Both the position numbers and the translations under genes were made by a program. Below the pieces are notes generated by a model. It was given only the letters and a program-made list of their open reading frames with translations. It did no database searches and was not told the DNA's origin. A stretch of DNA of 64,000 nt from IMG/VR virus record IMGVR_UViG_3300020411_000002; one strand, written 5' to 3'. Numbering within the stretch: the first letter of the stretch is position 1; the number at the start of each line of letters is the position of its first letter. Shown piece by piece: positions 35,924 through 45,881 of the stretch. This DNA comes from a virus (lineage: Duplodnaviria > Caudoviricetes).

Positions 35924-36545
35924 CCTACCACCTAATATAATAAATGCGATTAAAGCGATAGACAAGTACATCAGCTTAGACGAATTCAAGTACACTATTG
36001 AAAGCTTGAAAAAGGCATTGCAAAATCTTGAATCTACGATTTACGCTTTAGACAGTTACGTAAATAAAAAAGACTTTCAGTGGGCTGCAAGTAGAGAACA
36101 GTCCTTGAATCACGGCATCGATGCATACATTGAAGCTACTTCAAAGTTTGTATCTTTTAATTCGAAAGTCCCATACGAATTGGTTTATGAAGAACTAGAA
36201 AAACAAAAGCAACACGTTCTAGACTCTAAACCTATCTACGATATTATTCAGCACTTGATAGACTTGAAGAATATTCCGTCTACTGGATTATGTATTATTC
36301 CGCATAGAGCCTTTCGTTATCCTGTAAAAGATATATACCGTTTATGGGTAGCGTATCCAGAGTTCAAGTACGGTGATGTTCCAGAGCATAGGCGAAATGC
36401 TTTCTTGGAAGATAAAGGTCACGACTGGAATTTATCTGGAAAAGGAATATCGTATTCTGGCATCTTACGCAACTATGGTGAGGACTCTAGAGGCAATGGT
36501 AGAATACTCGTTGAATACAAAGTCGAAAGAAAGACGAAAAAGTGA
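35910..36545 (+). CDS. Hypothetical protein
   Basis: 211 aa with RBS GAGG. Confidence 0.7.
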   Translation: MKKNDLPPNIINAIKAIDKYISLDEFKYTIESLKKALQNLESTIYALDSYVNKKDFQWAASREQSLNHGIDAYIEATSKFVSFNSKVPYELVYEELEKQKQHVLDSKPIYDIIQHLIDLKNIPSTGLCIIPHRAFRYPVKDIYRLWVAYPEFKYGDVPEHRRNAFLEDKGHDWNLSGKGISYSGILRNYGEDSRGNGRILVEYKVERKTKK

Positions 36546-36557
36546 TTTGGGCAGGTT

Positions 36558-36689
36558 ATGAAGTTAGTAAACGTATTCGTTAATTGGTACTCGTTGCCTG
36601 TAGACCCAATGTGTTGGTACGATATAAGAACGTTTCTTGGTAAGTGTTTTGCTTGGTTTGTTCTTGCATTGATTAACTATTTTATCTAG
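36558..36689 (+). CDS. Small hydrophobic protein (43 aa, not in ORF track)
   Basis: Fills the gap between genes; MKLVNVFVNW...FAWFVLALINYFI. Confidence 0.4.
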   Translation: MKLVNVFVNWYSLPVDPMCWYDIRTFLGKCFAWFVLALINYFI

Positions 36690-36697
36690 GAGAAGCT

Positions 36698-37213
36698 ATG
36701 CCTCATAAAGTACATGGATCTGTAGAGTTTGAAAATCCTATGGGTCGTTACAAGAAAAGCTTGTGTCCAGACAACTGTGACCCATCTTATTTCAAAGACA
36801 GCATTGCGCGTCATGCAATAAGACAGGAATTAGAAAGCTGGCTACAGAACGGCTGTAACGGTTTCTTTCTTATCAAAGAAGAAGGCTATCCACACCAACT
36901 TCCGAACAGTCCTAATCGCTTAGGTTTGGATTGGTTATTCGTAGAGATTGATTTCTCTAATATGCGCGAGATAATGAAATTCGTCGGACTGACTAATAAG
37001 AAAGCTGATGAAGAAATGAATTTCTTTATAGGTGGAGATTCTTTTATCTTTACTGATGTGAACGGGAGCGATGTTGAGCTAGGTCCTGAAACTGATTGGA
37101 AGTCAGGTCAATGCTTTGTGATGAAGAACGAGCAAGGATGCTACATGCTTTCTTTGCAGATGTTCAAAAATATATTTGGGGACTATGATGGGACTAAGAA
37201 GACTACTGCGTGA
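36698..37213 (+). CDS. Hypothetical protein
   Basis: 171 aa with RBS GGAG. Confidence 0.7.
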   Translation: MPHKVHGSVEFENPMGRYKKSLCPDNCDPSYFKDSIARHAIRQELESWLQNGCNGFFLIKEEGYPHQLPNSPNRLGLDWLFVEIDFSNMREIMKFVGLTNKKADEEMNFFIGGDSFIFTDVNGSDVELGPETDWKSGQCFVMKNEQGCYMLSLQMFKNIFGDYDGTKKTTA

Positions 37214-37415
37214 AGAGCGTGAGTTAGAAGAAGATGCAGACCATTACAACTACCAGATAAATGATTGTGATGATGACTCACTGGAAACTCTTGAAAGCGC
37301 ACGAGAGGTTGACCGCAAGCTTCTCAAAGTAAGACAACGAATAGTTAATTCTATGAAAAGTAATCTGGAAAGGCGTGAAGACTGGTTACGTAAACACGCT
37401 AAGGAAACAAAATGA
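37176..37415 (+). CDS. Hypothetical coiled-coil protein
   Basis: 79 aa ORF. Confidence 0.55.
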   Translation: MGTMMGLRRLLREERELEEDADHYNYQINDCDDDSLETLESAREVDRKLLKVRQRIVNSMKSNLERREDWLRKHAKETK

Positions 37416-37648
37416 TTATATTCAAGTTGCCTTTTATTTTAATGTGTATGTTGCTTGCTCTGATTTATACGATATTCAAAATCGTAATAATAACTTTATT
37501 TGTATGCCTGTTCATTTGGTTTACGGAATCAGGTCCGAATAGCTCTAGAATATATGAAGACGTATCTTTTTCGAAAGACTACAATCGCATTAAAGACATT
37601 TTTAAATCTATGTACAATTGGATTAGAGAAGAGGTTAAATCAATATGA
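37412..37648 (+). CDS. Small membrane protein
   Basis: Long hydrophobic N-terminus. Confidence 0.65.
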   Translation: MIIFKLPFILMCMLLALIYTIFKIVIITLFVCLFIWFTESGPNSSRIYEDVSFSKDYNRIKDIFKSMYNWIREEVKSI

Positions 37649-38130
37649 AATTTGCTCAAGGAAATAAATGGTTAAACAACGGTAACGGGTATTCACAAGA
37701 CGAACTTCGTGAATTGATTGCCCAAAGCGAGAAAGCTGAGTGCAGTATGGATGAAGTTTTAGCAGGTGGTGACGAGGCTGCGTCCAAAGAAATTATTGCA
37801 TCTTTGCTAGATAGAATCGCTGAACTTGAAGCATCAGGTCCGAATAAGATTGAAACTGCTGATTACCACACTATTACTTGGACAATAGCTACAGACAAGA
37901 AAACTCCGCAAGCAGGTGAACAGGCAGTTAGTTTGCTAGTGACTGCTGTAGAAAACGCTTACGCCAAGTACTTCAAATCAAGCATGTTTGAAAAGCTCTT
38001 AAAGAAAGGTCGCTATTGCGGTGTAGTTAATACAATTCAGTTAGATTCTCCAACAATTGAAGACGGTGAGTTTAGAGGAATCTACGATAACTTGATTCTA
38101 TCTGATGTTAAGAACAGAGACATACTGTGA
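37645..38130 (+). CDS. Hypothetical protein
   Basis: 161 aa with RBS GAGG. Confidence 0.7.
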   Translation: MKFAQGNKWLNNGNGYSQDELRELIAQSEKAECSMDEVLAGGDEAASKEIIASLLDRIAELEASGPNKIETADYHTITWTIATDKKTPQAGEQAVSLLVTAVENAYAKYFKSSMFEKLLKKGRYCGVVNTIQLDSPTIEDGEFRGIYDNLILSDVKNRDIL

Positions 38131-38618
38131 TAGTGTGTGGTACAGGCCATCGACCTGAAAAGATCGGTGGCTATTCGTACTCCGCGTTTAGAAAGCTAGT
38201 TGACTTTGCTAAACCTCATTTAGAAAATCATGACCCTGACGAAGTTATAAGTGGAACAGCTTTGGGTTGGGATATGGTTTTACTTGTAGCTGCACTAGAA
38301 CTTGGATTGAACGTTCACGCTGCAATACCTTTTAATACATTTGGGAGTCAGTGGGGTCTAGAAACAAAGCGCTGGTGGAATGAACACATAGAGCAATGTA
38401 ATAATGTTACTATAGTTACTGATTTAGATGATGAACCTAAACGCTTTGAGGTTCTAAACGCTTTAAATACTCGTAATAAATTTATGGTAGATAGAAGCAA
38501 TAGAGTAATGGCATTATGGAACGGCACTAGCGGTGGTACTGCGAATACTGTACACTATGCAGAAAGCGTTAGAAAAACCGTAGACAACTACTGGTATTTT
38601 TGGGAAAGATATGGTTGA
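38127..38618 (+). CDS. SLOG-superfamily protein (YspA/DUF1273-like)
   Basis: GTGHRP, ISGTALGWD, AIPF, RNKFMVD, GTSGGTANTVHYA. Confidence 0.8.
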   Translation: MIVCGTGHRPEKIGGYSYSAFRKLVDFAKPHLENHDPDEVISGTALGWDMVLLVAALELGLNVHAAIPFNTFGSQWGLETKRWWNEHIEQCNNVTIVTDLDDEPKRFEVLNALNTRNKFMVDRSNRVMALWNGTSGGTANTVHYAESVRKTVDNYWYFWERYG

Positions 38619-39162
38619 ACAACTAGAGTTTACATTAGGTGAAAAGATTACTAGTGTTAATGGAAATAGATATCCGGCAGAGTCTATTTCTCCTTTTTCA
38701 TTCGTACAGAATCCGACTGGTAATAGACACTTCAAAAAGAACATGTTTGTTCTAGATAAAGTCCTTACCGACAGGTCATGTACTTTAACTGTGGCTTCAT
38801 CAGTTCCTTTGGATTTAGATTACTCGGAACACGAAAGACTTTATTCAATGTCCAGTCCTACTGAACCTACCGAACTGTCTATTGATGCTTACTTGTATTC
38901 TCAAGGGTGTAAGATACATAAAGTAGAACCCGTTATTGCTAAACCTGTACACACTGACTGTAAATGTTGTGGTCATCCATTCATAGAAGGTGAAGAGATA
39001 TTTAAGCTTTATATAATGTCGAATCCAGTAAATTCAAATTTTCGATTTATACGAAAGCCCGTTCAGCCTAGAGAAGTAAATATATCCATCCACCGCAATC
39101 CAAAGCAATGCAAATCTGGAATTGCATTTATACGAAAACTTATTAGGAGTCAAAATTTATGA
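38611..39162 (+). CDS. Hypothetical protein with Cys pairs
   Basis: 183 aa; CKCCG. Confidence 0.6.
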   Translation: MVEQLEFTLGEKITSVNGNRYPAESISPFSFVQNPTGNRHFKKNMFVLDKVLTDRSCTLTVASSVPLDLDYSEHERLYSMSSPTEPTELSIDAYLYSQGCKIHKVEPVIAKPVHTDCKCCGHPFIEGEEIFKLYIMSNPVNSNFRFIRKPVQPREVNISIHRNPKQCKSGIAFIRKLIRSQNL

Positions 39163-39791
39163 GACTAAACTACGAACAAGCAGTAGAAATAATCCACCCT
39201 AAGTACAAAGAGCCGTGGAGAGTTTATCACACTTGGGAACACATAGACGACGGTTTCACCCATATCGAAGAATTTGTAGACGGCGAAGTAGATGCAGATA
39301 TTTTCGATTCACTTAATCGCAACTTGAATCTTTTCAATCTAGCTTGGATGATGCATGACTGTGTTTATGTGCCTAAGAATCCGTACAATGAACTTGCTAG
39401 CGCAATGACTTTGCCTGTAGTTGCAAAGCATCTTGATTATTCTGTTGCAGATTGGGAACTAGACTTAGGTCACAAGCTTATCATGTGTACCAAAAACCAT
39501 TTGCCTAACGAAGACGGTTCTGAGGACTTACACCGTCTATCTAAGTTAATGTGCGATATAGATTTGGCAGGCTTCTCTACTCAGCACGAGAAGAACAAGC
39601 GCAATGTTTACGAAGAGTTTAAAGGTTTCTTGCAGTTGCCAGACTTTGACGAGCAGTGGCGAAAAGGTCAGACTGCTTTCTTACAAAGCCTATTAGACCG
39701 AAAGCGCATCTTTCACACTGAGTACTTCCATAGTATCCACGAAGAGAATGCCCGTAAAAATATTCAAAGCGAGATAGACAGCTACAAGTAA
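39159..39791 (+). CDS. HD-superfamily phosphohydrolase (COG4339-like)
   Basis: Y.EPWR.YHT.EH, AWMMHD.VY, NE..SA, TKNH, CDIDLA. Confidence 0.75.
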   Translation: MRLNYEQAVEIIHPKYKEPWRVYHTWEHIDDGFTHIEEFVDGEVDADIFDSLNRNLNLFNLAWMMHDCVYVPKNPYNELASAMTLPVVAKHLDYSVADWELDLGHKLIMCTKNHLPNEDGSEDLHRLSKLMCDIDLAGFSTQHEKNKRNVYEEFKGFLQLPDFDEQWRKGQTAFLQSLLDRKRIFHTEYFHSIHEENARKNIQSEIDSYK

Positions 39792-39800
39792 AATATAACG

Positions 39801-39842
39801 GGACAAAAGACAAAAGTTTCGTACTGTAAATTGTGCTATAAT
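39801..39842 (+). promoter_or_regulatory. GGACAAAA-N28-TATAAT promoter
   Basis: GGACAAAA 39801-39808; TGCTATAAT. Confidence 0.7.
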
Positions 39843-39870
39843 ATATTTTTAAATTTAAGGTTACATTATT

Positions 39871-40314
39871 ATGATATATCAAAAAGAAGAAATTAAGTTA
39901 GGTGATGACGGCAATACCGCTTTTGCAACTGTCGGTAAGATAAATGCATTGATTACAGTATCTGCCGCATTAAGCTATGAGGATATAGCGTGTATATTTA
40001 TGAATAGCTTCTTCCTTAGTAAATACTTAGATGGGCAGGTGGAAGATTTTTCCACTATAAACACAGAAAGAGCTATACGTGATATATGCCAAAGTGAAAA
40101 AACCCTGTTTGAGTTTATACAGGACAACCATGTAACTACCCATAGCGTAAACTCATGTATATCTAATTTTGACGTTGAAGATACTCTTAAATATCTTAAA
40201 GAAGATTACGCTATTTTAAATGATTCACAGAAGAATCAAATTGATAGGATATATAGGGATAGTGTGAAACATTTTTCCACGTATGGAAGTAAGTTTGTAT
40301 ATAATAAAAGTTGA
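39871..40314 (+). CDS. Hypothetical protein
   Basis: 147 aa ORF. Confidence 0.65.
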   Translation: MIYQKEEIKLGDDGNTAFATVGKINALITVSAALSYEDIACIFMNSFFLSKYLDGQVEDFSTINTERAIRDICQSEKTLFEFIQDNHVTTHSVNSCISNFDVEDTLKYLKEDYAILNDSQKNQIDRIYRDSVKHFSTYGSKFVYNKS

Positions 40315-40322
40315 GGTGTTCT

Positions 40323-40826
40323 ATGCCACGTAAAGTAACCAAGACTATGCGCGAAGCCCGTAAACGTGCGGCTCAACAAAAAGCAGAAAGGCGTAAGTAT
40401 AAAGAAGCTTGTGACCAAGTTGATTTTAAATGGGGTTCTTGCACAGGTCGAATAGGTGATTCGACTTTGGAACTACATAATGTACGTGCCGGTGTTAGAG
40501 TTCAAAGGAAAGTAGCTAAAGCTAGACCTACTAAATCTGATTATGATTCTGTTTTTCTCGATATTGATTTTGGTAGCTTCGAAGAGTCTATGCTAGAGTC
40601 TGAGCCGAAAAAGCCTAAGACTACGACTGGTAGATTTTCTAGCAAGGCATTCTCACGTTGCAACATTCCGAAGACCATGAGTGAAGAAGAGTACAAAGCG
40701 CGTGAAGCTGCGGCAGCGTTAGAAATAGAACGCAAGAAGTCTTGTATTGCACCAGCCTACAATAAAGGTGCGTATCAATACATCGCTAGTCCAGAAGCTG
40801 CGAAAGATGCAGGTAAAAAACAATGA
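40323..40826 (+). CDS. Basic hypothetical phage protein ending IAPAYNKGAYQYI
   Basis: GAGG RBS before ATG 40323; the C-terminal motif recalls a small protein common in myoviruses. Confidence 0.7.
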   Translation: MPRKVTKTMREARKRAAQQKAERRKYKEACDQVDFKWGSCTGRIGDSTLELHNVRAGVRVQRKVAKARPTKSDYDSVFLDIDFGSFEESMLESEPKKPKTTTGRFSSKAFSRCNIPKTMSEEEYKAREAAAALEIERKKSCIAPAYNKGAYQYIASPEAAKDAGKKQ

Positions 40827-41296
40827 ACTTGATTGGTAATAAATTTGATAAGTTTGATCTTTTATATAGCATAGGGTCTGCTTTTCTATATGTCTGTTCG
40901 ACCGTGTTTACTTTTAACGGCTTTCTTGATTACTTAAAAGAAAACGTTTCGTACCTGTCTGTGCCTATAATGTACTTGATTGCTATAGCTTTTACTATTG
41001 CTATAGTAATTCCGTTCTCATATTGGCTGATAAGAATGCATAAGTCGAATAGATCGAAATCTGCCAAGGCGTCAGAGAATTATTTTCTGATGATGGAAAA
41101 GCTTTGCTTCAATAAATGTCCGTGCTGTAGGACTGAACTGGAAGTAAACGCAATTGGTTGTGATATTCGATTGTTCTGCACCTCTTGTGATTTTACTATC
41201 ATTATGGTAGGGTCTGTGCCGTTATACGAATCGACTGGAAAGAAAATAGTTGGACGTAAAAGTCTGCCTCATTACTTAATGGATAACTCTAAATGA
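40823..41296 (+). CDS. Membrane protein with C-terminal zinc ribbon
   Basis: Two hydrophobic helices, then CPCC...CTSC. Confidence 0.7.
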   Translation: MNLIGNKFDKFDLLYSIGSAFLYVCSTVFTFNGFLDYLKENVSYLSVPIMYLIAIAFTIAIVIPFSYWLIRMHKSNRSKSAKASENYFLMMEKLCFNKCPCCRTELEVNAIGCDIRLFCTSCDFTIIMVGSVPLYESTGKKIVGRKSLPHYLMDNSK

Positions 41297-41757
41297 ATCA
41301 TGTAAACGCTCTTTATTCTAATGTGCAACAAGCTGAAAATCTTTTTGTTGATTACATTAAAAGCCTGAATACACCCGTCGCTTATTTGTTCTTTGAGAAT
41401 GAAGAGCAAATTATGCAGGCTAGAGACCTTCTTATTAGAAGACAGATTAAAATACTAGGTGTTTCTGTAGATAGTCTTTTTATTAAAGTGCGTTTGACTA
41501 TGGAAGACGAAGCTCCGTATCTTATTAGTCGAGCCAACGTCTATTCAGCATTAACATCACGCGTACCTCCTGTTGACCCAAACATAGAGAAGTGCTATTC
41601 AATCTGTAAATCTGCTGGATACAATATAAGAATACATAGACCTATAAGTTCTATGCCTATGAACGAAAAGCGCAAGTTACATACTGCTTGCTTAATGCGA
41701 ATTGCACACGCACCTATACTTAATCATGCTCAGTGCATAGAAACCTTTTCTTATTAA
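41293..41757 (+). CDS. Hypothetical protein, paralog of the next gene
   Basis: Aligns by eye with the N-terminal 155 aa of 41767..42570. Confidence 0.7.
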   Translation: MNHVNALYSNVQQAENLFVDYIKSLNTPVAYLFFENEEQIMQARDLLIRRQIKILGVSVDSLFIKVRLTMEDEAPYLISRANVYSALTSRVPPVDPNIEKCYSICKSAGYNIRIHRPISSMPMNEKRKLHTACLMRIAHAPILNHAQCIETFSY

Positions 41758-41766
41758 GGAATAATA

Positions 41767-42570
41767 ATGAAAACAATGGAAGCTATAATCTCAAACATGA
41801 GAAACGCCGAAGACTTGTTTATTACTTACTTAAACGAGCTAGGAAAAACAAACCGTTCTATTTATATGTTTTTCCGTAACGTACAAGAACTGTCCTACGC
41901 TGCCGAAAAAGTTGCAGCAATTAAGAGCGCTGAAATATTGGCTGCTAATTCTAATCAGTGTTACTTAGTAGTATCGCTGAATAAGGCGTTGCCTGAAAAC
42001 CACCAGCATAGCGTATACAGCTACCTTATTCAAAACGTAGAACAGACGAGCGATAACTTAAAGAAAGCTTTCGATGTATGCGACTCTAACGGTTTAGATA
42101 TTGATGTATTTAAGCCTATGAACCTTATGTCTGAAAGCATGAAGTTGGAAATAAAAGACGGGCTACTAAAGCGTATAGCGTATGGAAACTTATTAGACCT
42201 AGAGCAGTGTAAAGAACTGTTTGGACTGTCGGACGAAACCGACGAAACCGAAGACGAAGTTCCTGTGCGTGAAGTTCATATACACGAAGTATTACCAGTT
42301 ATTTCATCTTACGCTAAAAACGAAGCATTCAAAGCAGTAAAAGATTTGTCCGAGGAAGACCGAGCTAAGTTTATAGAAAAAGCTTTGAAGTATACCCAGC
42401 AAAGCTTTTTCTTGAAAAAACTTCCAGAGGGTTCAGACCTGCACTCTGTTATGTTTAGAGTCGGTGAAGAAGTTGGAGACTTCAATTCGTTTGATTCTAA
42501 AACAAAAGCACTCATACTTATATCGGAGTGTTCGGCTGCGTACTTGGTAAAACTTTACGACTGCATATAA
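41767..42570 (+). CDS. Hypothetical protein, paralog of the previous gene plus a C-terminal domain
   Basis: AEDLFITYL vs AENLFVDYI; KRIAY..LL.LEQC vs MRIAH..IL.HAQC. Confidence 0.7.
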   Translation: MKTMEAIISNMRNAEDLFITYLNELGKTNRSIYMFFRNVQELSYAAEKVAAIKSAEILAANSNQCYLVVSLNKALPENHQHSVYSYLIQNVEQTSDNLKKAFDVCDSNGLDIDVFKPMNLMSESMKLEIKDGLLKRIAYGNLLDLEQCKELFGLSDETDETEDEVPVREVHIHEVLPVISSYAKNEAFKAVKDLSEEDRAKFIEKALKYTQQSFFLKKLPEGSDLHSVMFRVGEEVGDFNSFDSKTKALILISECSAAYLVKLYDCI

Positions 42571-42580
42571 GGAGATTAAA

Positions 42581-42943
42581 GTGAAAGAAGTATCTGAATA
42601 TATTGTTTTGGGCACTGTGCATAAAAACACATTATGTATGACTCCTAAGAACATTCTTGTTGTTGCTAGAAACGTTGGTTACAAAGTAGATAGAGAGCGT
42701 AATCCTCAAAAATGGGCAGAGCAGTATATTGAAGGTGCTTCTTTCATGAACGTGTTGCCCGGAGTTTACGAATCTAAAAAGCTATGTATCCAATGGCGAC
42801 ACCAGCTACCATACAGCGTAGCGGAACAGTGCGACATTATTGTCGTTAATCATGACGGAGAGCAGGACTTTCCGGTTAACAAAATTAAAGTTCTGGAAGA
42901 ACTTGTTTCATGTGGATTGATATATGAAAGAGAAGTTACATAA
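42581..42943 (+). CDS. Hypothetical protein
   Basis: 120 aa with RBS GGAG. Confidence 0.65.
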   Translation: MKEVSEYIVLGTVHKNTLCMTPKNILVVARNVGYKVDRERNPQKWAEQYIEGASFMNVLPGVYESKKLCIQWRHQLPYSVAEQCDIIVVNHDGEQDFPVNKIKVLEELVSCGLIYEREVT

Positions 42944-43307
42944 TATTCAAAGTTCTTCTATACCTACAGAAGAAATGTTAAATCGGTTTTGGAAATTGTC
43001 TATTGAGCAAATTGCCGCAATCTTTGTGAACAATTTTCATGACATAGATCCAGAAGAAGATAGTGTATTCAACAAAGAAGGCTTTACGGCAGTAGTAACC
43101 AAACATCTAAGAAGTTACATGATGGATGCGGAGTACGTTGTTTGCTTTACGATTAGATCGCTTGATGAATCTAATGACCCGAATGCCGAAGCAAGTCTTA
43201 CGTTTGCACGACAGTTCTATAGAGCTTTGGACGTAGACGAAGATGACTTTGAAATAGGTTTTGACCTATGCGTTGAACACTTTACGATTGTTCTAGGAGG
43301 TAAATAA
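42924..43307 (+). CDS. Hypothetical protein
   Basis: 127 aa ORF. Confidence 0.6.
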   Translation: MKEKLHNIQSSSIPTEEMLNRFWKLSIEQIAAIFVNNFHDIDPEEDSVFNKEGFTAVVTKHLRSYMMDAEYVVCFTIRSLDESNDPNAEASLTFARQFYRALDVDEDDFEIGFDLCVEHFTIVLGGK

Positions 43308-43642
43308 TGCCTGCGTTTCAATGTTCCAAATGCGGTAGAGTAGATAATACAGCTACTGGACTTGGTAACATTCTTAGACGAACCAAAGACCTTTTCGATT
43401 GGTCTGATATAGAAGAACAGTATCACGGTAAACAGCTTTGTGCGGAACATGCACCTGCCCGTTATCGTGACGGTACTGCTACTGACTACGGAAAGTGGCA
43501 CAACACGTTTCCAATCATGTATCTACCAAAGAACATGTTTGAAGAAAAGAATTTCAACTTAGTACATAAAGAAACTGGTGAGCCGTACGGCGAATGGGTT
43601 AAACGTACTAGTTGGGACACCAGCAAAGAAGACAAACAATAA
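43307..43642 (+). CDS. Hypothetical phage protein with CxxC
   Basis: MPAFQCSKCG..DNTA; RBS GGAGG. Confidence 0.75.
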   Translation: MPAFQCSKCGRVDNTATGLGNILRRTKDLFDWSDIEEQYHGKQLCAEHAPARYRDGTATDYGKWHNTFPIMYLPKNMFEEKNFNLVHKETGEPYGEWVKRTSWDTSKEDKQ

Positions 43643-43661
43643 GTTCAAAAGGGAGCTTCAA

Positions 43662-44078
43662 ATGAAACAAATCACTGGCTTAGAAATAGCAACAATATTA
43701 CGTTCAATGTATAGTAGCGGCAAGAAGCCGCATCAAATAGCTTTCTTGCTTTTGCTTCATTACAAGAAAGACTTGTCTGTAGCTGAGTTTACGTACTTTA
43801 TGGGCGACCTGAAAAATTCGTCAGGAAAGCTACTAACTCGGTCTATGGTTTACTCTTATTTGTATGCTCTAGAAAAGCAGCACTACGTACAAAAAGAAAA
43901 GATGATTAGTGAAGAAGGTGCGTCATGTAACGTATACTCATTGACTCCAAAAGGGTATGGCTTAGTTCTTCCAATTATAGAACTAACAGACAACTGGGAT
44001 ACAGTGCGGTCTAGCTCTACTATTGTATCATTGTTTTCTACCGTGAACAGTACTGCATCGAGTAATACTACTCACTAA
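43662..44078 (+). CDS. Winged-helix (MarR/PadR-like) DNA-binding protein (start moved from 43578)
   Basis: SMVYSYLYALEKQHYV.K...NVYSLTPKG wing motif; GGAG RBS. Confidence 0.65.
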   Translation: MKQITGLEIATILRSMYSSGKKPHQIAFLLLLHYKKDLSVAEFTYFMGDLKNSSGKLLTRSMVYSYLYALEKQHYVQKEKMISEEGASCNVYSLTPKGYGLVLPIIELTDNWDTVRSSSTIVSLFSTVNSTASSNTTH

Positions 44079-44112
44079 TTTAAAAGGGTGAGAACATAAA
44101 GAGTATCACCCT

Positions 44113-44889
44113 ATGAAAAAACTATTACTTCTGTTAGTGCTATGTTTTAGCGCACAAGCAGACAGAAGCATTATTGTAAATGTTTCAGAGGACTTTGCAT
44201 TCCCCTTGGGACAAGAAGTATTTTCAGACCTCGTCAGCGAATTGTATGTAGATGTTCCAGTAACAGTGGAAGTTACATACTTGCCCGCTAGACGGGGTTT
44301 ATTGCTTTTAAATGCAGACGAAATCGAAGCTGATTTGTACAAGTCAAAGAATGTCTTAGAACCTTACTCAAATTTGCTAGTACTTGAAGAACCTTTAATG
44401 GAAATCAGAGTAGCTATATTTTGCTTAGAGCGTAGTAACTGCGTACTGAACAAAGATACTATTTATTTAGTTCCAAGAGGTTTAGAGTCGGCAATGCAGT
44501 ATTGCTTAGAGAGTTCTTTAACTTGCGCTTATGTGTCTAGCGACCATGCATTTAAGGCTCTTGAACAAAACAAAGGTGACGCACTCTTTATGGATATGGC
44601 AGGTGCTACTCGGTTCTTATGTGGTTATTCTTTTCCAAAGATTTATTATTTGGAAATGTCCGAACTAAGTACAGAAGTATATCATGTAGTATCTAAAAGT
44701 ATGGAAGAATATGTACCTATGCTCACTCAGTCTATTGTTACTGTCAATAGAACTGGATATGTAGAAAAATCTATAGGTGCTTTTTGGAATGAATTCTACG
44801 GTTGTACCTCCTCTATTCCAATTAATGTAAATAGTGAGTATCAGCAATTGTTGGAGAATCTAAATGGAACAGACGCGACAAAACGATGA
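44113..44889 (+). CDS. Periplasmic substrate-binding-protein-like (class II) with signal peptide
   Basis: MKKLLLLLVLCFSAQA signal; LPARRGLLLLN..EIEAD; AF..LEQNKGDAL. Confidence 0.65.
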   Translation: MKKLLLLLVLCFSAQADRSIIVNVSEDFAFPLGQEVFSDLVSELYVDVPVTVEVTYLPARRGLLLLNADEIEADLYKSKNVLEPYSNLLVLEEPLMEIRVAIFCLERSNCVLNKDTIYLVPRGLESAMQYCLESSLTCAYVSSDHAFKALEQNKGDALFMDMAGATRFLCGYSFPKIYYLEMSELSTEVYHVVSKSMEEYVPMLTQSIVTVNRTGYVEKSIGAFWNEFYGCTSSIPINVNSEYQQLLENLNGTDATKR

Positions 44890-45253
44890 GCTTTATTGGG
44901 CACTACCTAAAGGAAAAGAAAATACAGAAGATAATTGGATAGTTGTTCTGTTCGATGACGGCAAGTTTCGTAAGATTGGAACTACGCACTCGTATAAGGA
45001 ATCCGACTTTTCTATAGTAGGTTTCCAGACGTTACATAACTATACGCGTATGGCAAGACTGGTTTCAGAGCAACAAAAATTCCCTGTAAAACGCCCTGTA
45101 GATAAGGTTGAAAAGATTCTTAGTATACTGAGAACTCTTAAAGACGACTTCGAAGGCAATGGAAGTCTAACCGATTCTTATCGACAGAATGAAGTGCAAA
45201 AGATATACAGGCTAATGGATGCGCTAGACGATGGAAACAATAAGACTGGATAA
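44864..45253 (+). CDS. Hypothetical protein
   Basis: 129 aa ORF. Confidence 0.65.
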   Translation: MEQTRQNDELYWALPKGKENTEDNWIVVLFDDGKFRKIGTTHSYKESDFSIVGFQTLHNYTRMARLVSEQQKFPVKRPVDKVEKILSILRTLKDDFEGNGSLTDSYRQNEVQKIYRLMDALDDGNNKTG

Positions 45254-45872
45254 AGACTACCCTGTAGTAACGTTTTCTGATCTGTTAGATCAGCCCATAC
45301 TCTTTAAACTGAGAAGCAATGAAGTAATTACTTTTTCAGCTATTGGTTTTTGGAGAATTTATTCAATATCTAAAACAGGAGAACCTCTGTATCGATACGA
45401 GCTATTAAGAATAAAAGAGTCTGAATCTGAATTTGAACATGACAAGCTCCCAGAAGATGTAGAGTGCGGTAGTTTTCATATTTTGTTTATACGAGATATG
45501 AGAGATTGGGTCGACAAGATTTTAATAGTCGATGACATTATCTTAAAAGTTGTACAAGATATAATGGAAAGTATAAAGCCTGTAGAAGGTTACGAAGATT
45601 ATTTTTGCCTTCGTGTAGTGATAAATGATGAATTACCTATACATCACTCCTGCTCCATTTTAAGCTATAGCACTTCTGATAGATCTATTATCGAAAAAAT
45701 GGGACAACAAGGAACTTTAGATAGCAGATCTTCGTCTTTTATAATAAGGCACTTGGGTCGAAAGTGTAGTATTAAGCAGTACAAGAAGCTTATGAAGGAA
45801 CATTCTGCCGATGTTACTCTGCTAAGTCAAAGTTCAGGTTCTGGATCTAAGCTAAAATTATCCTATAACTGA
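45231..45872 (+). CDS. Hypothetical protein
   Basis: 213 aa ORF. Confidence 0.65.
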   Translation: METIRLDKDYPVVTFSDLLDQPILFKLRSNEVITFSAIGFWRIYSISKTGEPLYRYELLRIKESESEFEHDKLPEDVECGSFHILFIRDMRDWVDKILIVDDIILKVVQDIMESIKPVEGYEDYFCLRVVINDELPIHHSCSILSYSTSDRSIIEKMGQQGTLDSRSSSFIIRHLGRKCSIKQYKKLMKEHSADVTLLSQSSGSGSKLKLSYN

Positions 45873-45881
45873 GGAAAAGAA

